Shown: piece by piece, positions 51,370 through 64,000 of the stretch
Layout of the letters: the number at the start of each line of letters is the position of its first letter
How positions within the stretch are numbered: the first letter of the stretch is position 1
Source of the DNA: Blasia pusilla
Taxonomy: Eukaryota
Length of the DNA stretch: 64,000 bases
Direction of reading: 5' to 3'
Assembly (NCBI GenBank): GCA_050084515.1
Contig: CM114271.1
Span: forward strand, 22,258,001-22,322,000
The notes under the pieces: generated by a model
Seen by the model: only the letters and a program-made list of their open reading frames with translations
What the model was told of the DNA's origin: nothing
Databases searched by the model: none
Translations under genes and position numbers: made by a program

Positions 51370-54300
51370 ACCTTTCACAATCACACTAGACTTGACTCTT
51401 AGATCTCTTTGCTCAACCGACCCCCAATGACTCTGAATTCATGGCAAGTCATAATCATGTTCTTATTGATATGTTCCTTCATTGTTGTGTGAAGACTAGA
51501 GAAAACCACCTGGCACTAAGGACCTACAGGGTCCTTGCTTGTGTTTTGCTGGTAATTCCTTCTCAAAATTTTGAATTTTTTTGCAAAGCTAAATTCCATG
51601 GCCCAGTGGGGTACCCCTGGATATATATATATATATATATTCATGCATTCATTTCTCATTCCCTTAAAGGCCCTATGTTATCCATCTCAATTTAATATCC
51701 TCAACTGCTACCATATCCTGAAGCAGTCTGACATCCTTGACCACTAATAGATGTTGAAGCAAAAAGAGATCTTAAACTACTGGCAGATCCTCAAGAAGTG
51801 GGAGATCCATTATCAAATATAATTAAAATTTAGACTGATGAATTAGTGGCAGACTCAACCACCTCTTTTTAATCTTGAAGGTCCTCAAGAACGTCCATCC
51901 ATACTAGTGGAAGCATATATTGTATAATTTATAACCAAACTAGTATATATGGCTCAGATTGACGCTAGTAAAATGCTACTTTGGATTTAACCTCTACTAA
52001 AGTTGGTTTTCCACAACAAAGTTCAAACTATATTTACAAAGATAGCCAATCTGCAGCCAACTTTCTAATAGTTGATGTTTGGACGTCAAGGTCATGAATT
52101 TGGAACTTTCTTTTTTCTTTATTGCCTAGAAAATAAATAAAAAACACATTTGCCTACAATAATGTCGCTCTTCAATTTAGGTTGCTAAAGGTTTTGAAAA
52201 AAAACTTCACGAAGGACAACAATATTCTTTGATTCGCATAAAGCTTCACGAAGGACAACAATATTCTTTGATTCAATCGTAAGTTTGCTCCAATTCCCAA
52301 ATTGAACTTATGGAACTCAAATTATTCTTCAGATTATAATATATTCATCAACAAAACATTGAATTACGATAATGTAGATCTTCAATTTAGAGTGATGCTC
52401 TCACTAGATGTATCCCTAAAGACAAAAAAAATATAACCCTAGGGTTATATAGTTTTGTAGTAAGGTAAGCGGGAGCAAGAGAGACCACATGCACTAAATG
52501 TATCTCTAAAGACAAAAGAAAAATATAATCCCAAGGTTATATAGTTTCCTAGTAAGGGAAGATGTAGTAGGAGAAACCACTGTATGCTAAGTTAAGGTTG
52601 AATGGAGCACGAAAGCTAATTTTCCAGCACAACATAAGCATGCCAACACGTTGGGACAACACACCATGAGAACGATAGTACATCAAGTCAAAAAACTACA
52701 AGCACAATTGGCTTAATTAGAACTAGCAATAACAGTAAAGAGAAAACTATTAGCCTAATTGAAGTGAGAGACTTTCAACCTTGGTTAGCATAACTAACTA
52801 CAGTTGAAACTAAATGGGAGAAACGATAGTGGAGAAAAGAGATGGAGTAGATGACAATTTTCTATGCAATCATGAAAGGCCTTAGATGAGAATGGTCTAC
52901 AAAGTTCTCCATAAAGTTCATGAACAACGTTGTAATCATATCATTAATCTCTCGTCGTTCAACACATATGGTACTGCATGATTTATCTTTTCCAAAACAA
53001 ATATTTTAGCAAAGTCAAATTTTAGATAAAGGTTTTGAGAATTATGAAGTCAATGAAAAGAATTGACCTATGCTCGTACTATCGCCCACTCGTCCCTTTT
53101 GAGTCAATAAAGATACTGACACACTTGAATGCATATCACAACGTTTACACTCTTACTTTTCCACTTGCATAATGTGGCACGTTGAAGCCTATTATCTTAT
53201 ATAGTGTAATGACACAATAATGGAGCAAACTACTTTGTTTCGAGCAAAGATCGAGACTGGTATATGGTATGGGACTCATTTGAAACTAGTCGATGGAGTT
53301 TCTAAAACTTGAGAAAAACCTTTAATATATATCATACAATTAATCTTTAAATCACTTCAGACATACCAACTCCACCTCTCAAGCAACCACAAGATGAAGT
53401 TAAACTACCCTATAAAAACCACTTAAAGAAAAGATACTAGTCTTTAAAGAAAACATCTCACACACATTGACATGGTCATGGTTATGGTCAGTTTCATTTG
53501 AGTCTTGTGTGTGTCCTCAAAATATGTTCAATCATCTAGCCAACAACGTATCAATTTTTTGCTCAAACATAGGCTATGGACATTTTGCACTTGAACCAAC
53601 TACCCCCTCCCTTTGGGGCCTTTCAACAGAGAACTCTAGGAAATTGTAATGTTAGGCATAAACCCTCCTAAATCACTCTCTCGCCCCCATGTGTATGATC
53701 AATTTTCCATATCATATTCTATTTGGTAAAAGTATCTTGTCAAGCTGAACCAACCACCTCATTTGAGCTCTATTTGCGGTTCTAATTACTTGACCTCAAA
53801 AGTAGGATACACAATATTGGTATGCTAGTTCCTTAGTTCTACACATCCTAGGTGACTATGCAGTTTTGTGGGATTGGTTTTAATAAGGCTATTAAGAGAA
53901 GATGAAGATATTGTGGCTAAATATAGTCATACAAATACACATCACATAAGACTTGTCATCTTGTCTTTATTTATCAATAGAGTAGCATTATTCCAGTCCA
54001 TGTTTAGGGAATGGAGAGGTTAGGATGTTATGACTTTTTCCACAATAATGGTATCAACACTTCAATGCTAGGATATGTGAAGCTATTGAATTTGAAAGAT
54101 AGACTTCATATTAATGTACTTCAAATGTGTTGGTTTATGAATTGTGACGGTAAGACTATATGACAATATACACTTGTGTCATAATATATGTAAATCCAAT
54201 GCCTTTAGAGGTTGCATTCCATTTCCAATCTTCCATCGCTTTATAATGATAGGAATTTTATTTGTTGGTGTGTATTATTTATAGTTTGCTTAATTTCCAA

Positions 54301-54869
54301 GTTTTGTTGGTGTTGTTGTTCAAAATAAATTACATTATTGAGAAGAGTGAAGTCATGTTAAACACCACTATAAAATTAGGCTTAATCTAGTTAATACTTA
54401 TAGCTTTGCAGTCTGTGATTGTATTTGGTAATTATTCTTGTAATGCATAATTGTTTGTAATAGTGCTCATCATCTTCAATGTATTATAATCAAAAGAAAT
54501 ATGCTAAATAAATCCCCAACAAGACAATGTCGGGAAGGGACCATAAACTAGGCACCAATAAGGCTAATATACGTATAACAACCTCCACATGAACCATCCA
54601 TATAGAACTAAAGGTGATTTCATTGATTAAGTTAAATATTTTGAATTCAACAAAAAATTTACGTAAAAAATGTATTCAACTAAACATACACACATCATAC
54701 TCAAATCTATTTTAAAAAATAGTATTTGGCCCTAACATTTTACTCGTGTAAGCATATGGAGTGGCCTAGTTTAAACTACCTCCCATAATTAACTTCCAAA
54801 ATTCTCAAATGATACTTTCAATCTCAAACAATCTTATTAGGAGAGGAAATTTTAAATGATGGAATACGG

Positions 54870-55830
54870 TTGATTTGGGATTCTATACACAATAACCTTA
54901 ATAGCATTATTGCTAGTGATATTTCTTTTGGTTCAAAATCATTCTTCATTGACGGGCCTGGCGGAACAGGAAAAACCTTTTTATACAAACTTCTTCTTGC
55001 AAGTGTACGAGGTGCCAGAGGCATAGCTTCAGCTATCGCTTCATCGGGAATAACTGCTTTGTTCTTAAATGGAGGACGCATTGCGCACTCGTGTTTCAAG
55101 ATTTCAATTAATGCAGATGAAAACTCCACTTGCAAGTAAGTATCTATCCATTTCATGACTTGCGAACTCTTTTAATGTTGTAAAGATAACACTTGTCTGA
55201 CATACTCATATCTTTTGGTATGTTTTTTTATAGTTTACCTGTTAATTGCAAATATGCACACTTGTTTCAAAGGGCTTGGCTTATTATATGGGGTGAGGCA
55301 TCGGAGACTCATCGCCATGCATTTGAGGCTATAAATCGATCATTTCAAGATATCGTGGGAGTGGTATCGAAGACTTGAGGAATGTTCAGTTTGATGGCAA
55401 ATTAATAATATTTGGTGGGGATTTTTGCCAAGTGTTACATGTTGGTTGTTATGGAGACCGTCAACAAAATATTCAAGCTACATTAAAGAGGTCATATTTA
55501 TGGTCTCATGTGAGGGTAATGCAAATTACAACAAATATGAGAGTTCAAAGTTTGGAGGTGAACATGCGTGTACATCAACAAGCTTTTGCAAACTAGTTAT
55601 TGGAGTTTGGAGAGGGTTGTGTGTCTTTGGAATCTCACTTGGGAGAGGATTTTATACGATTGCCAAATTATATGGTGACCAAGAGTAAGAATATAAGTGA
55701 TCTTATTGACATCATTTATGGAAATGATTATGAGAAGTTTCGTGACATCAGAATTTTAAGAGCTACATCAATTCTTACCCAAAAAAAAATCATCATCAAT
55801 GCAAAAGTCATGTCTCGATTCTATGGAGAG
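54870..55830 (+). pseudogene. Helitron Pif1 helicase, N-terminal part (intron 55136-55233)
   Basis: FFIDGPGGTGKTFLY, ASSGITALFLNGGRIAHS, IIWGEAS (DEA), FGGDFCQVL, ITTNMRV. Confidence 0.9.
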
Positions 55831-55937
55831 CTAATATTGGTTTTCAAATAATTTTCATTTCATTTTCCTCACAAGTACTTGAATTATATTATGCATCAAA
55901 ACTAAATTCATCTTCTAAGATATGTTTGTTCTATGCA

Positions 55938-56954
55938 TGTCGCGACCCTCATAACCAAACAACACCAAATACGCGCCAAGCGAAACATCAGAACTCAAAG
56001 GAACTCACGCCGCGAGGTTTGCGCTTTGGAGAGGCGTTTGGAAGAGTCTCTTGGAAAAGTCTAAGAGACGAAACGCGGAACAGAGTTGTGCGTTTCATGC
56101 GTTAGTGGTCGCGACCAGGAAACCTAGACCAAACGCGAGCCGAGACTTGAGATGAGTTGAGTCTTGGAGGTTGGTTGCCAAAGAGGTGAGAACCAGTTTG
56201 GAACACGGCTAGCGTTTGGGAGAATCTGACTGTGTTTAGGACCATAACGTTGAGCTCCAAGATGCGTTCGGGACAAGTAAGGGCGCGTTGAAAAGCTGAT
56301 CTCGAGATGCTTCCAACGCACAAAAGATCTCAGCAAACGCATAAGTACAGGCTGAGATATTGGCCAAAAACGATTCAGAGAGCAATCGGGTTGAGGGCCA
56401 ATTGAGGGGCCCGGTGTGTCTTTCCTAAATGTAGGGGGCCCCGGAGATCCCCAGAAGTACTAGTAAGGGGAGTACCTTCTCTGAGATGTCTCGGAAACGA
56501 AACCCCACTTTGGGCGCCAAACGGCGTTCAGAGGCACGGATGAAACGGGAGATGAAACCCAAACCCAAACCTGATCCAAGGGAGTGGACTTTGTACGCCA
56601 CACTTGGATTCCAACCGAGATTCACCGTGCAAGTCTTGGTGAGGAACTCATTGGATGTTCATCGGACAGTTGGAACCGCTAGGCGCGAAACGCCGTTTCA
56701 GGTTCTTGAACCGACCAGAAAGTTTGTCCCAAGTCTTTCGAGACTTGCCCGTGTTGGAAACCGCGAAACTAGGAAGGTTGAGCTTGAAGAGAGAGTTTGA
56801 GACGAGAACTCGGAAAGTCATCCCGCTGATTGATCCAAGACCCGACTAACCGAAGTGCGTGTTTGGATGCAGATCAACGTTGAGAGCGTGACCTACTGAA
56901 CGCACGCTTCCGCAACAAACAAGATTAACGTTCAAGGAGAGTAGGCGCACGACA
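55938..56954 (+). repeat. 5' LTR of the chromovirus
   Basis: TGTCGCGACC...GCGCACGACA. Confidence 0.96.
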
Positions 56955-56956
56955 CG

Positions 56957-56968
56957 TGGTATCATAGC
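56957..56968 (+). promoter_or_regulatory. Primer binding site (tRNA-iMet type)
   Basis: TGGTATCATAGC, one mismatch from TGGTATCAGAGC, 2 nt after the LTR. Confidence 0.85.
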
Positions 56969-57106
56969 AATTCCTTGATGAGCGTGAACTTGGGGTCGTT
57001 GAAGATCTGGATGTTTGGGGAGAACTCAAGGTAGCCGGAAGACCGCGACGCCGAGGAGGAACGCAAGAGGCGAGGAGGAGATCTGAGAAAAGGCGACGAC
57101 TCGCAA

Positions 57107-60100
57107 ATGGCGACCAAGGGCGAAGAACCGAGGAAACCGCGAGTCAAAGCAAAGAAGCCAAGAGACGAATCAATGAAGGACCGAGAGCCGGAGGTGGAAT
57201 TTGCGACTCCCGAAGTGCCGAAACCTAGACATGAGGATGTTCCAACCGAAATCTTTCCGCGGGACCTTCGGGAAGACCTTTGTAAGACTAATTTGCCAAC
57301 ACCATTCACAGGAAGGGGGCATTCTCGGAAAGTGAGCGAGTTTCTAACGGAACTCGAACTCTATTTCGAAGCGCAAAAGGCAGATGAACAAGACAAGGTG
57401 ACTGTAGCGGTCACGTTTCTGAAGGATCACACTCTCCATTGGTGGACGGCTCACCGCAAAGAACATCTAGGTCGTGGGAAAACGTTGAGTTGGGAAGATT
57501 TCAAGGAGTTGATTGGGAACCGATTCACTCCATAATATCAAGAGTACCGCGATGGCATGGAGGTGGTGAGGTTGCGCCATAGTGGATCACTTGGCGCTTA
57601 TGTGCGAGAGTTTAGTGCGCTCATGAGTGCACTTTCCACGGATGAACATACTAAAAAGGTGATCTTCCTAAGTGGGCTCAAACCGAGTGCCGAGAAGGCT
57701 CTCTTTCGTATGCCTCACATCCCAGAGACGTGCGCGGACCTCTTGAGACTAGCCGAGCGGATTGGGGACGATGAAGTCCAACACCCGAAACCCTTTGAGA
57801 CAAAAAGTTTTTCTAAGTTACAGAAGAACAAAGGGACATCCAAGAGGGTTTGGAATGGGGGTGAGTGCGACCACGGAGGGTCTCTTGCCCCAGCGGCGAA
57901 ACGAGTGGAACTCAACGCGAAGCCAAAGGGGCCGCCGTTTACGAAGTCAGCGAATGCCAAAGTGATTTGCTACAATTGTGGCGAACCCGGGCATATGGCT
58001 AAGGAATGTGTTAGGCCCAAGGTTAGTAAATCGAGTATGATTGCGTTTGCCGCTAAGCATTTATCGGAGGGAGATCTAGATACATCTCTACAAGTCACCA
58101 AGAGAACGCCCAATTTGGTTTACCTAGGATCCAAGATCGCTAATCGCGATGTGATGTTGCTCGTTGGTACAGGTGCTTCGCACTCATTCTTGAGTCCGAG
58201 AATCGTAAAAACGTTGGGATTGCCAACCACCAAGGCGGATGAACCCATTAGGGTAGGATTTGCGGGAGGCAAGTCCCACCAGACATCAGATCTGGTTTTA
58301 GGGCTAGTTGTGAGATGCGGAGTGTTTGAGTTGAAGGAGAATTTTACGCTATTTTGAGATGGACGGTATCGACGAGTCTTGGGAACACGTTCTTGGATGC
58401 GTATGAGGTGGAACTGAGGCAAAGACCTTTGAGGTTGAGCGTCTTGGTTAACGGCAAACGGACGGACGTCAGATTGGTTCGTGAGGTGCCTAGAAAGACG
58501 GAGTTGGTGAACGCCATCACGAGGACGAGTTTGGCCGAGTTAGAGGAAGGATTCCTTTGCTTGATGAGACGAGTAGAGGATGATGCAAGCGCGAGATGCA
58601 GAGATCAGAACTCAGCTTCAAGGGGGATCCTTGAAACACTCAAGAGAGTTGTGAAAGAATTTGAAGATGCGTTGACTAAGGAGCTTCCGACTGAGTTGCC
58701 ACCACATAGGGCAGTTGATCATAAGATTGAGGTGCTACCAAGATCTCAACCACCTTCAAAGGCACCATATAGGTTGAATCAAGAGGAACTTGCTGAGTTG
58801 AAGAAACAGTTGGGTGAACTCCTAGAGAGGGGTTACATCCGAACAAGCAAGTCACCTTATGGGGCGCCCATCCTCTTTGTAAAGAAGAAGGATGGGAAGT
58901 TGAGACTCTGTGTTGATTATCGGGCGCTGAATAAAGTGACGGTAAGGAATAACTATCCTCTACCGAGGATGGATGACCTCTTTGATCGATTTTGGTGCCA
59001 AGTATTTCAGCCGGATTGACCTGAAATCAGGATATTATCGATTCGGATTGCCAAGCGGATGTAGAGAAGACCGCCTCAGAGGACGAGATACGGTTCGTTC
59101 GAGTTTGTAGTAATGCCTTTCGGTCTTTGTAATGCACCTCCGACGTTTACCACTTTGATGAACTCCATCTTTCACAAGGAGACGGATGAGTTTGTGATCA
59201 TCTATATAGATGACATACTCATCTATTCGAAAACACTAGAGGAGCACGCTTCGACATTTGAAGACGGTGTTTGAGAAACTTAGGCTTAACAAGTCGTATG
59301 CGAATGCGGATAAGAGTGAGTTCGGTTTGACGAAGATCAAGTTCTTGGGGCATGTGGTTAGTGCGGATGGAGTGAGTCCAGACATGGAAAAGGTGAGCGA
59401 TTGCGAATGGGAACCTCCTTCCACGGTGAAAGGGATGAGAAGGTTCATCTGAGTCGCCCAATTTTACCGGACATACGTGAAGAACTTTTCGCGATAGTGA
59501 AACCTCTCACGGATTGGACCGCAAAGTTTTCCAATACTACATGGACCGAGGAAGTGGATAAAGCGTTCAATCGAAGTCAAAGAGATCCTCTCGCAGAACG
59601 ATTTCAAGTCGCCGGAGTTTGAACAACCGTTCGAGGTGCACACGGATGCTAGTGATTTCGTGATTGCAGGAATGTTAGTGCAAAAAGGGAGACCTGTAGC
59701 ATACGAAAGCAAGAAGCTTAGTGACACCGAAAGGAGATGGCCTACTCATGAGAAAGAGTTGTTTGCGGTGGTTCATTGCTTGAGGAAGTGGCGTCACTAT
59801 TTGGGACTTCACAGGACTCGAGTATTCACCGATAACATATCGCTCAAGTATTTTGAGACCCAGGATCGCGTGACGCCAAAACAACTTCGGTGGCATGATA
59901 CCTTGGCGTTGATGAATGTGGAGCTAATCCACAAGCCGGGGAAAGACAATGTCATTCCAGATGCGTTAAGTCGCAGGGATGAACACATGCCATCGACGAC
60001 ACAAGTGTTGAGAGCAATGTTCCCTAATGAAACAGACCTGGAAAGAAGGATTCGTGAAGGATACATGAAGGATGAGCAAGCGAGGGAGTACCTTGGGAAG

Positions 60101-61497
60101 TTAAAGCGGGGCGAGAAGGTGGCCAATCTGAGTTTGAGACACGGCTTGCTAAGGTTTAACCAGAGCAGGATTTATGTAGGCCAAGGCAAGCTACGGACCA
60201 AGGTGTTTGTGGAATGTCATGATGGACCTTTGGCGGGACACAAAGGGGAGAAATCCACTCTTGTTGTTTTGTCTAAGAGGTTCTTCTGGCCCAACATGAA
60301 GGAAGATGTTGCTCAATATGTGAAAACATGCGTGACTCCGCCAAAGCGAACGCGTGTCTTATGCGAAGAAACAAGGTTTACTTCATCCTTTGCCAATCCC
60401 GGAGGGACCCTTGCAAAGCATTAACATGGATTTCATTACGAGTCTTCCAGAATCTGAGGGATACAATGCCATACTTGTGATAGTTGATTGGTTTAGCAAG
60501 TTGGGGAGGTTTGTGCCGACGAGAGAGTCTGCGACGGCCTACGCGACTTCCCGACTATTCTTGGATGGTTGGTGGCGTGCGCACGGATTGCCTAGGAGCA
60601 TTGTGTCCGATCGGGATCCGAAGTTTACCAGTGTCTTTTGGAAACATCTATTCAGGAGGTTCCGGACCAAACTCAGCTTTAGTACGGCCTTCCATCCTCA
60701 AACGGATGGGCAAACGGAAAAATTAAACTCGGTCGTAAACCAATACTTACGGAATTACGTGAGTGCGGACCAAAGAGATTGGGCCAAGTGGTTAAGTATG
60801 GTTGAGTATTGTTACAACTCGACTAAGCATTTCGCAACCGAGAATCTCGCGTTTTTCGGGCGTATCAAAGAGAACCGAAGGGCCTCTTGACTTAGCTCTT
60901 TCGAAGGGCAATACATCGACACACACTCGTCAAGCAACGGCGGAATGTTTGTTAGTGGAAATGCAGGAACGACAAGAGCGAGCGAGAGAAAGTCTCGCCA
61001 AGGCTCAACTAAGGTACGTAAAGCATGCTAACAAAAGTCGGCGCCAAGTGAGTTTCCAAGTTGGGGAACAAGTGTGGTTGAGTGTTAAGAATCTCACTCT
61101 TCCGAAGGAATTGTCCGCGAAATTGTCAGCCAAGTATCCTGGACCGTATGTGATCAAGGCAAGGCCGTTTGAGGATGTGTACACGTTGGAGCTGCCAAAC
61201 GAGTTCAAGATTCACCCGACTTTCCATATGTCATTATTGAAGAAGTATCTTCAAGACAACGTGCGTCCGGAGCAAAGGAGGATGTTGAGACCACAACCGG
61301 TCATCAGAAATGAGGAACCAGAGTTCGAGGTTGAGACTATTCTGCGTTCCAGACGTAGGGCCACCAAGTACGAGTACTTGGTCAAGTGGAAAGGCTATCA
61401 TGTGAAAGAGGCGACTTGGATTGCGGAGGCGGATCTAGAACATGCGCAAGAAGCATTGCGTGACTTCAGATGGATGCAAGAAAGGCACGTGCGTTAG
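57107..61497 (+). pseudogene. Chromovirus gag-pol (zinc knuckle, protease, RT, RNase H, integrase, chromodomain), interrupted by one stop and several 1-nt frameshifts
   Basis: [68 protein letters not shown]...YLVKWKGY...ATW. Confidence 0.95.
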
Positions 61498-62177
61498 TAC
61501 ATGGTGAAGCAATGGACATAACTTGTGACCGGAAAGCTTGGGCCGATAACCCGTTGTAACTAGAAAGGTTTAGTTGTTGCAATAAAGAAGACATGGATTT
61601 GGAGATTCGATGCTTGTATTGTAATTTTGAGTTTGGTTTGTGCAAGGCAATGAGTAGTTCTTCATATGCTTAGGATGTAAGTCAAGGAGACCAAACAATG
61701 AGTATTTGAGGTGAGAGCTTGTATTCAGATAAGGCATTTAGATCAGGACCAAGTGTTGAAGTACTAGCATTTGGGCTCGCCCTAATGTCGGCGGGGCAGA
61801 TGAGTCTGACTTGGGGTTTGTGGTGATCTCATTCATGTTTCATGATTGAACTTAGTGACGCGCCTAGGTGGAGTACAGGTGACCCAAAAGTAGTACGAGT
61901 TGGCTAGGTAGACAGACGGTTGTTTACAAATAGTGAGTGAAGTGTTAGGTTGCAGACTTAGTGAGCTTATTTTGATAGTTAGATTAGTTCCGCAGAACTA
62001 GTCTAGGCTCGTCAGAAAGAGAAGCTAATAAGTCTAAGTGTTGCAAGCGACAACCTAAGACTTAAGCCAAAAAGAGGAATTGCGGGTTAGCTACCAGAAC
62101 GCGATTCTGTGTTAAGGGGTCGGCTTCCCAGAACTTAACATCAATAAGGTTTGCGTTGATGAGGACATCAACCTTCT

Positions 62178-62190
62178 AAGGAGGGGTGAG
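62178..62190 (+). promoter_or_regulatory. Polypurine tract
   Basis: AAGGAGGGGTGAG directly before the 3' LTR. Confidence 0.85.
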
Positions 62191-63213
62191 TGTCGCGACC
62201 CTCATAACCAAACAACACCAAACGCGCGCCAAGCGAAACATCGTAACTCAAAGGAACTCACGCCGCGAGGTTTGCGCTTTGAGAGGCGTTTGGAAGAGTC
62301 TCTTGAAAAGTCTAAGAGACTAAACGCGAACAGAGTTGTGCGTTTCATGCGTTAGTGGTCGCGACCAGGAAACCTAGACCAAACGCGAGCCGAGACTTGA
62401 GATGAGTTGAGTCTTGGAGGTTGGTTGCCAAAGAGGTGAGAACGATTTGGAACACGGCTAGCGTTTGGGAGAATCTGACTGTGTTTAGGACCATAACGTT
62501 GAGCTCCAAGATGCGTTCGGGACAAGTAAGGGCGCGTTGAAAAGCTGATCTCGAGATGCTTCCAACGCACAAAAGATCTCAGCAAACGCATAAGTACAGG
62601 CTGAGATATTGGCCAAAAACGATTCAGAGAGCAATCGGGTTGAGGGCCAATTGGAGGGGCCCGGGTGTCTTTCCTAAATGTAGGGGGCCCCGGAGATCCC
62701 AGAAGTACTAGTAAGGGGAGTACCTTCTCTGAGATGTCTCGGGAAACGAAACCCCACTTTGGGCGCCAAACGGCGTTTGAGGCACGGGATGAAACGGGAG
62801 TTTGGCGCGAAACCCAAACCCAAACTCCGATCCAAGGGAGTGGACTTTGTACGCCACACTTGGATTCCAACCCGAGATTCACTTCGTGCAAGTCTTGGTG
62901 AGGAACTCATTGGATGTTCATCGGACAGTTGGAACCGCTAGGCGCGAAACGCCGTTTCAGGTTCTTGAACCGACCAGAAAGTTTGTCCCAAGTCTTTCGA
63001 GACTTGCCCGTGTTGGAAACCGCGAAACTAGGAAGGTTGAGCTTGAAGAGAGAGTTCGAGACGAGAACTCGGAAAGTCATCCCGCTGATTGATCCAAGAC
63101 CCGACTAACCGAAGTGCGTGTTTGGATGCAGATCAACGTTGAGAGCGTGACCTACTGAACGCACGCTTCCGCAACAAACAAGATTAACGTTCAAGGAGAG
63201 TAGGCGCACGACA
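62191..63213 (+). repeat. 3' LTR of the chromovirus
   Basis: Near-identical to 55938-56954. Confidence 0.96.
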
Positions 63214-63219
63214 ATGCAG

Positions 63220-63690
63220 GAACATACTTACCTTAGTGTTGATTCCGTTCCGGATGAGGGAATGAGTCCGAAAAAATTCATAAATATATGCTTACCGTTA
63301 GGTTTACCACCATATCGTTTAAGCTTCAAAATTGTTGCACCTGTCATGCTTTTACGAAACTTGAATAGTTTAAAGGGACAAGCCAATGGAACTCGATTTA
63401 TGATCCGTGGATTCATGCAACATGTCATTGATATTGAAATTATCATAGGCAAGAACACTCGGGATCGAATCTTTATTCGACGAATCCCATTGATTGCATC
63501 AGACTCGGGTTTACCTTTTGATTTACGTAGATTTAGATTTTTTATTTTTCCTGCTTTTGCCATGACTAGGAATAAATCTCAAAGTCAAACTTTGAAAAAG
63601 ATATGAATTTACCAATTACATGAGTATTTTCTCATGGTCAATTATATGTAACATTGTCAAAAGCAGGACAAAGAAATACAATTAAATTAA
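63220..63690 (+). pseudogene. Helitron Pif1 helicase, C-terminal part
   Basis: TYLSVD, GLPPYRL, PVMLLRNLN..GQANGTR, PAFAMTRNKSQSQTL, FSHGQLYVTLS. Confidence 0.9.
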
Positions 63691-63811
63691 AGAAAGTGAT
63701 GCAAGAGACTTCGTGTGTAATATGGTGTATAAGAAAATCAATAAGAAATTTATTTATTTATTGATATCTCCGTATCCGTGCATAGCAGAGGCAACTTACT
63801 AGTAGTATATA

Positions 63812-64000
63812 TTAGTAAGGTGCCCATGCTTTGCACGGGCAATACAAATTGTTTGAAGAGCTTTTGTTAGTGTATAGCGTCATCATGGAAGACATCATCG
63901 TGCAAACATAACACCTAGCGATCTTCTCTCCATGTTTGGAAATAACACGTCGTCTCTCCACATTTGGGAAGAACTGGTTAGCACTAGGCCAACTACATGA
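63812..64000 (-). mobile_element. 3' end of a second Helitron in opposite orientation
   Basis: Minus strand reads gcccgtgcaaagcatgggc (hairpin) accttaCTAA (CTAG-like) ending at 63812. Confidence 0.55.

Larger units (their letters stand above)
55938..63213 (+). mobile_element. Full-length Ty3/gypsy chromovirus LTR retrotransposon
   Basis: Two ~1.02-kb near-identical TG...CA LTRs, 5-bp TSD ATGCA (55933-55937 and 63214-63218), PBS, PPT, and gag-PR-RT-RH-INT-chromodomain. Confidence 0.97.
54780..63802 (+). mobile_element. Helitron 3' part (Pif1-like helicase pseudogene with introns) interrupted by a chromovirus
   Basis: Helicase motifs on both sides of the insertion; 3' hairpin ccgtgcatagcagagg then CTAG|T at 63799-63803. 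Confidence 0.85.

Noticed and set aside
52200-52580. Two short local duplications (~31-38 bp and ~90 bp units)
   Set aside because: Ordinary two-copy tandem duplications in TE debris.
56102-56849. ORFs inside the chromovirus LTRs (also 62345-63108)
   Set aside because: Frames differ between the two LTR copies and there is no domain signature.

Overview
Eukaryotic nuclear DNA with spliceosomal introns, most likely from a non-seed land plant such as a bryophyte (inference from gene and TE families). The first ~14 kb hold two intact, convergent host genes: PIG-Q/GPI1 (+, 9 coding exons) and the E2F dimerisation partner DP (-, 9 coding exons). The remaining ~50 kb is a nested transposon island with Copia, LINE and probable Harbinger/CACTA debris, plus an intron-containing Helitron interrupted by a young, complete chromovirus (5-bp TSD). 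Two elements stand out. (1) A Mutator-like DNA transposon (~29.3-40.3 kb) whose transposase lies head-to-head with a spliced gene encoding a ParB/Srx-like domain and a C-terminal beta-class N4C/N6A DNA-methyltransferase-like domain. Its non-coding segments are loaded with dozens of copies of a ~29-31 bp palindrome (TGCAACCCGTCGGA-N-TCCGACGGGTTGCA). (2) A Ty3/gypsy family, present in two copies, with a DNMT3-like C5 cytosine methyltransferase between protease and RT, a PHD finger after integrase, and split terminal repeats (A...B-A-B) instead of canonical LTRs. The copies in this window are degenerate (stops and frameshifts). All assignments come from manual translation and motif recognition; no database search was run.
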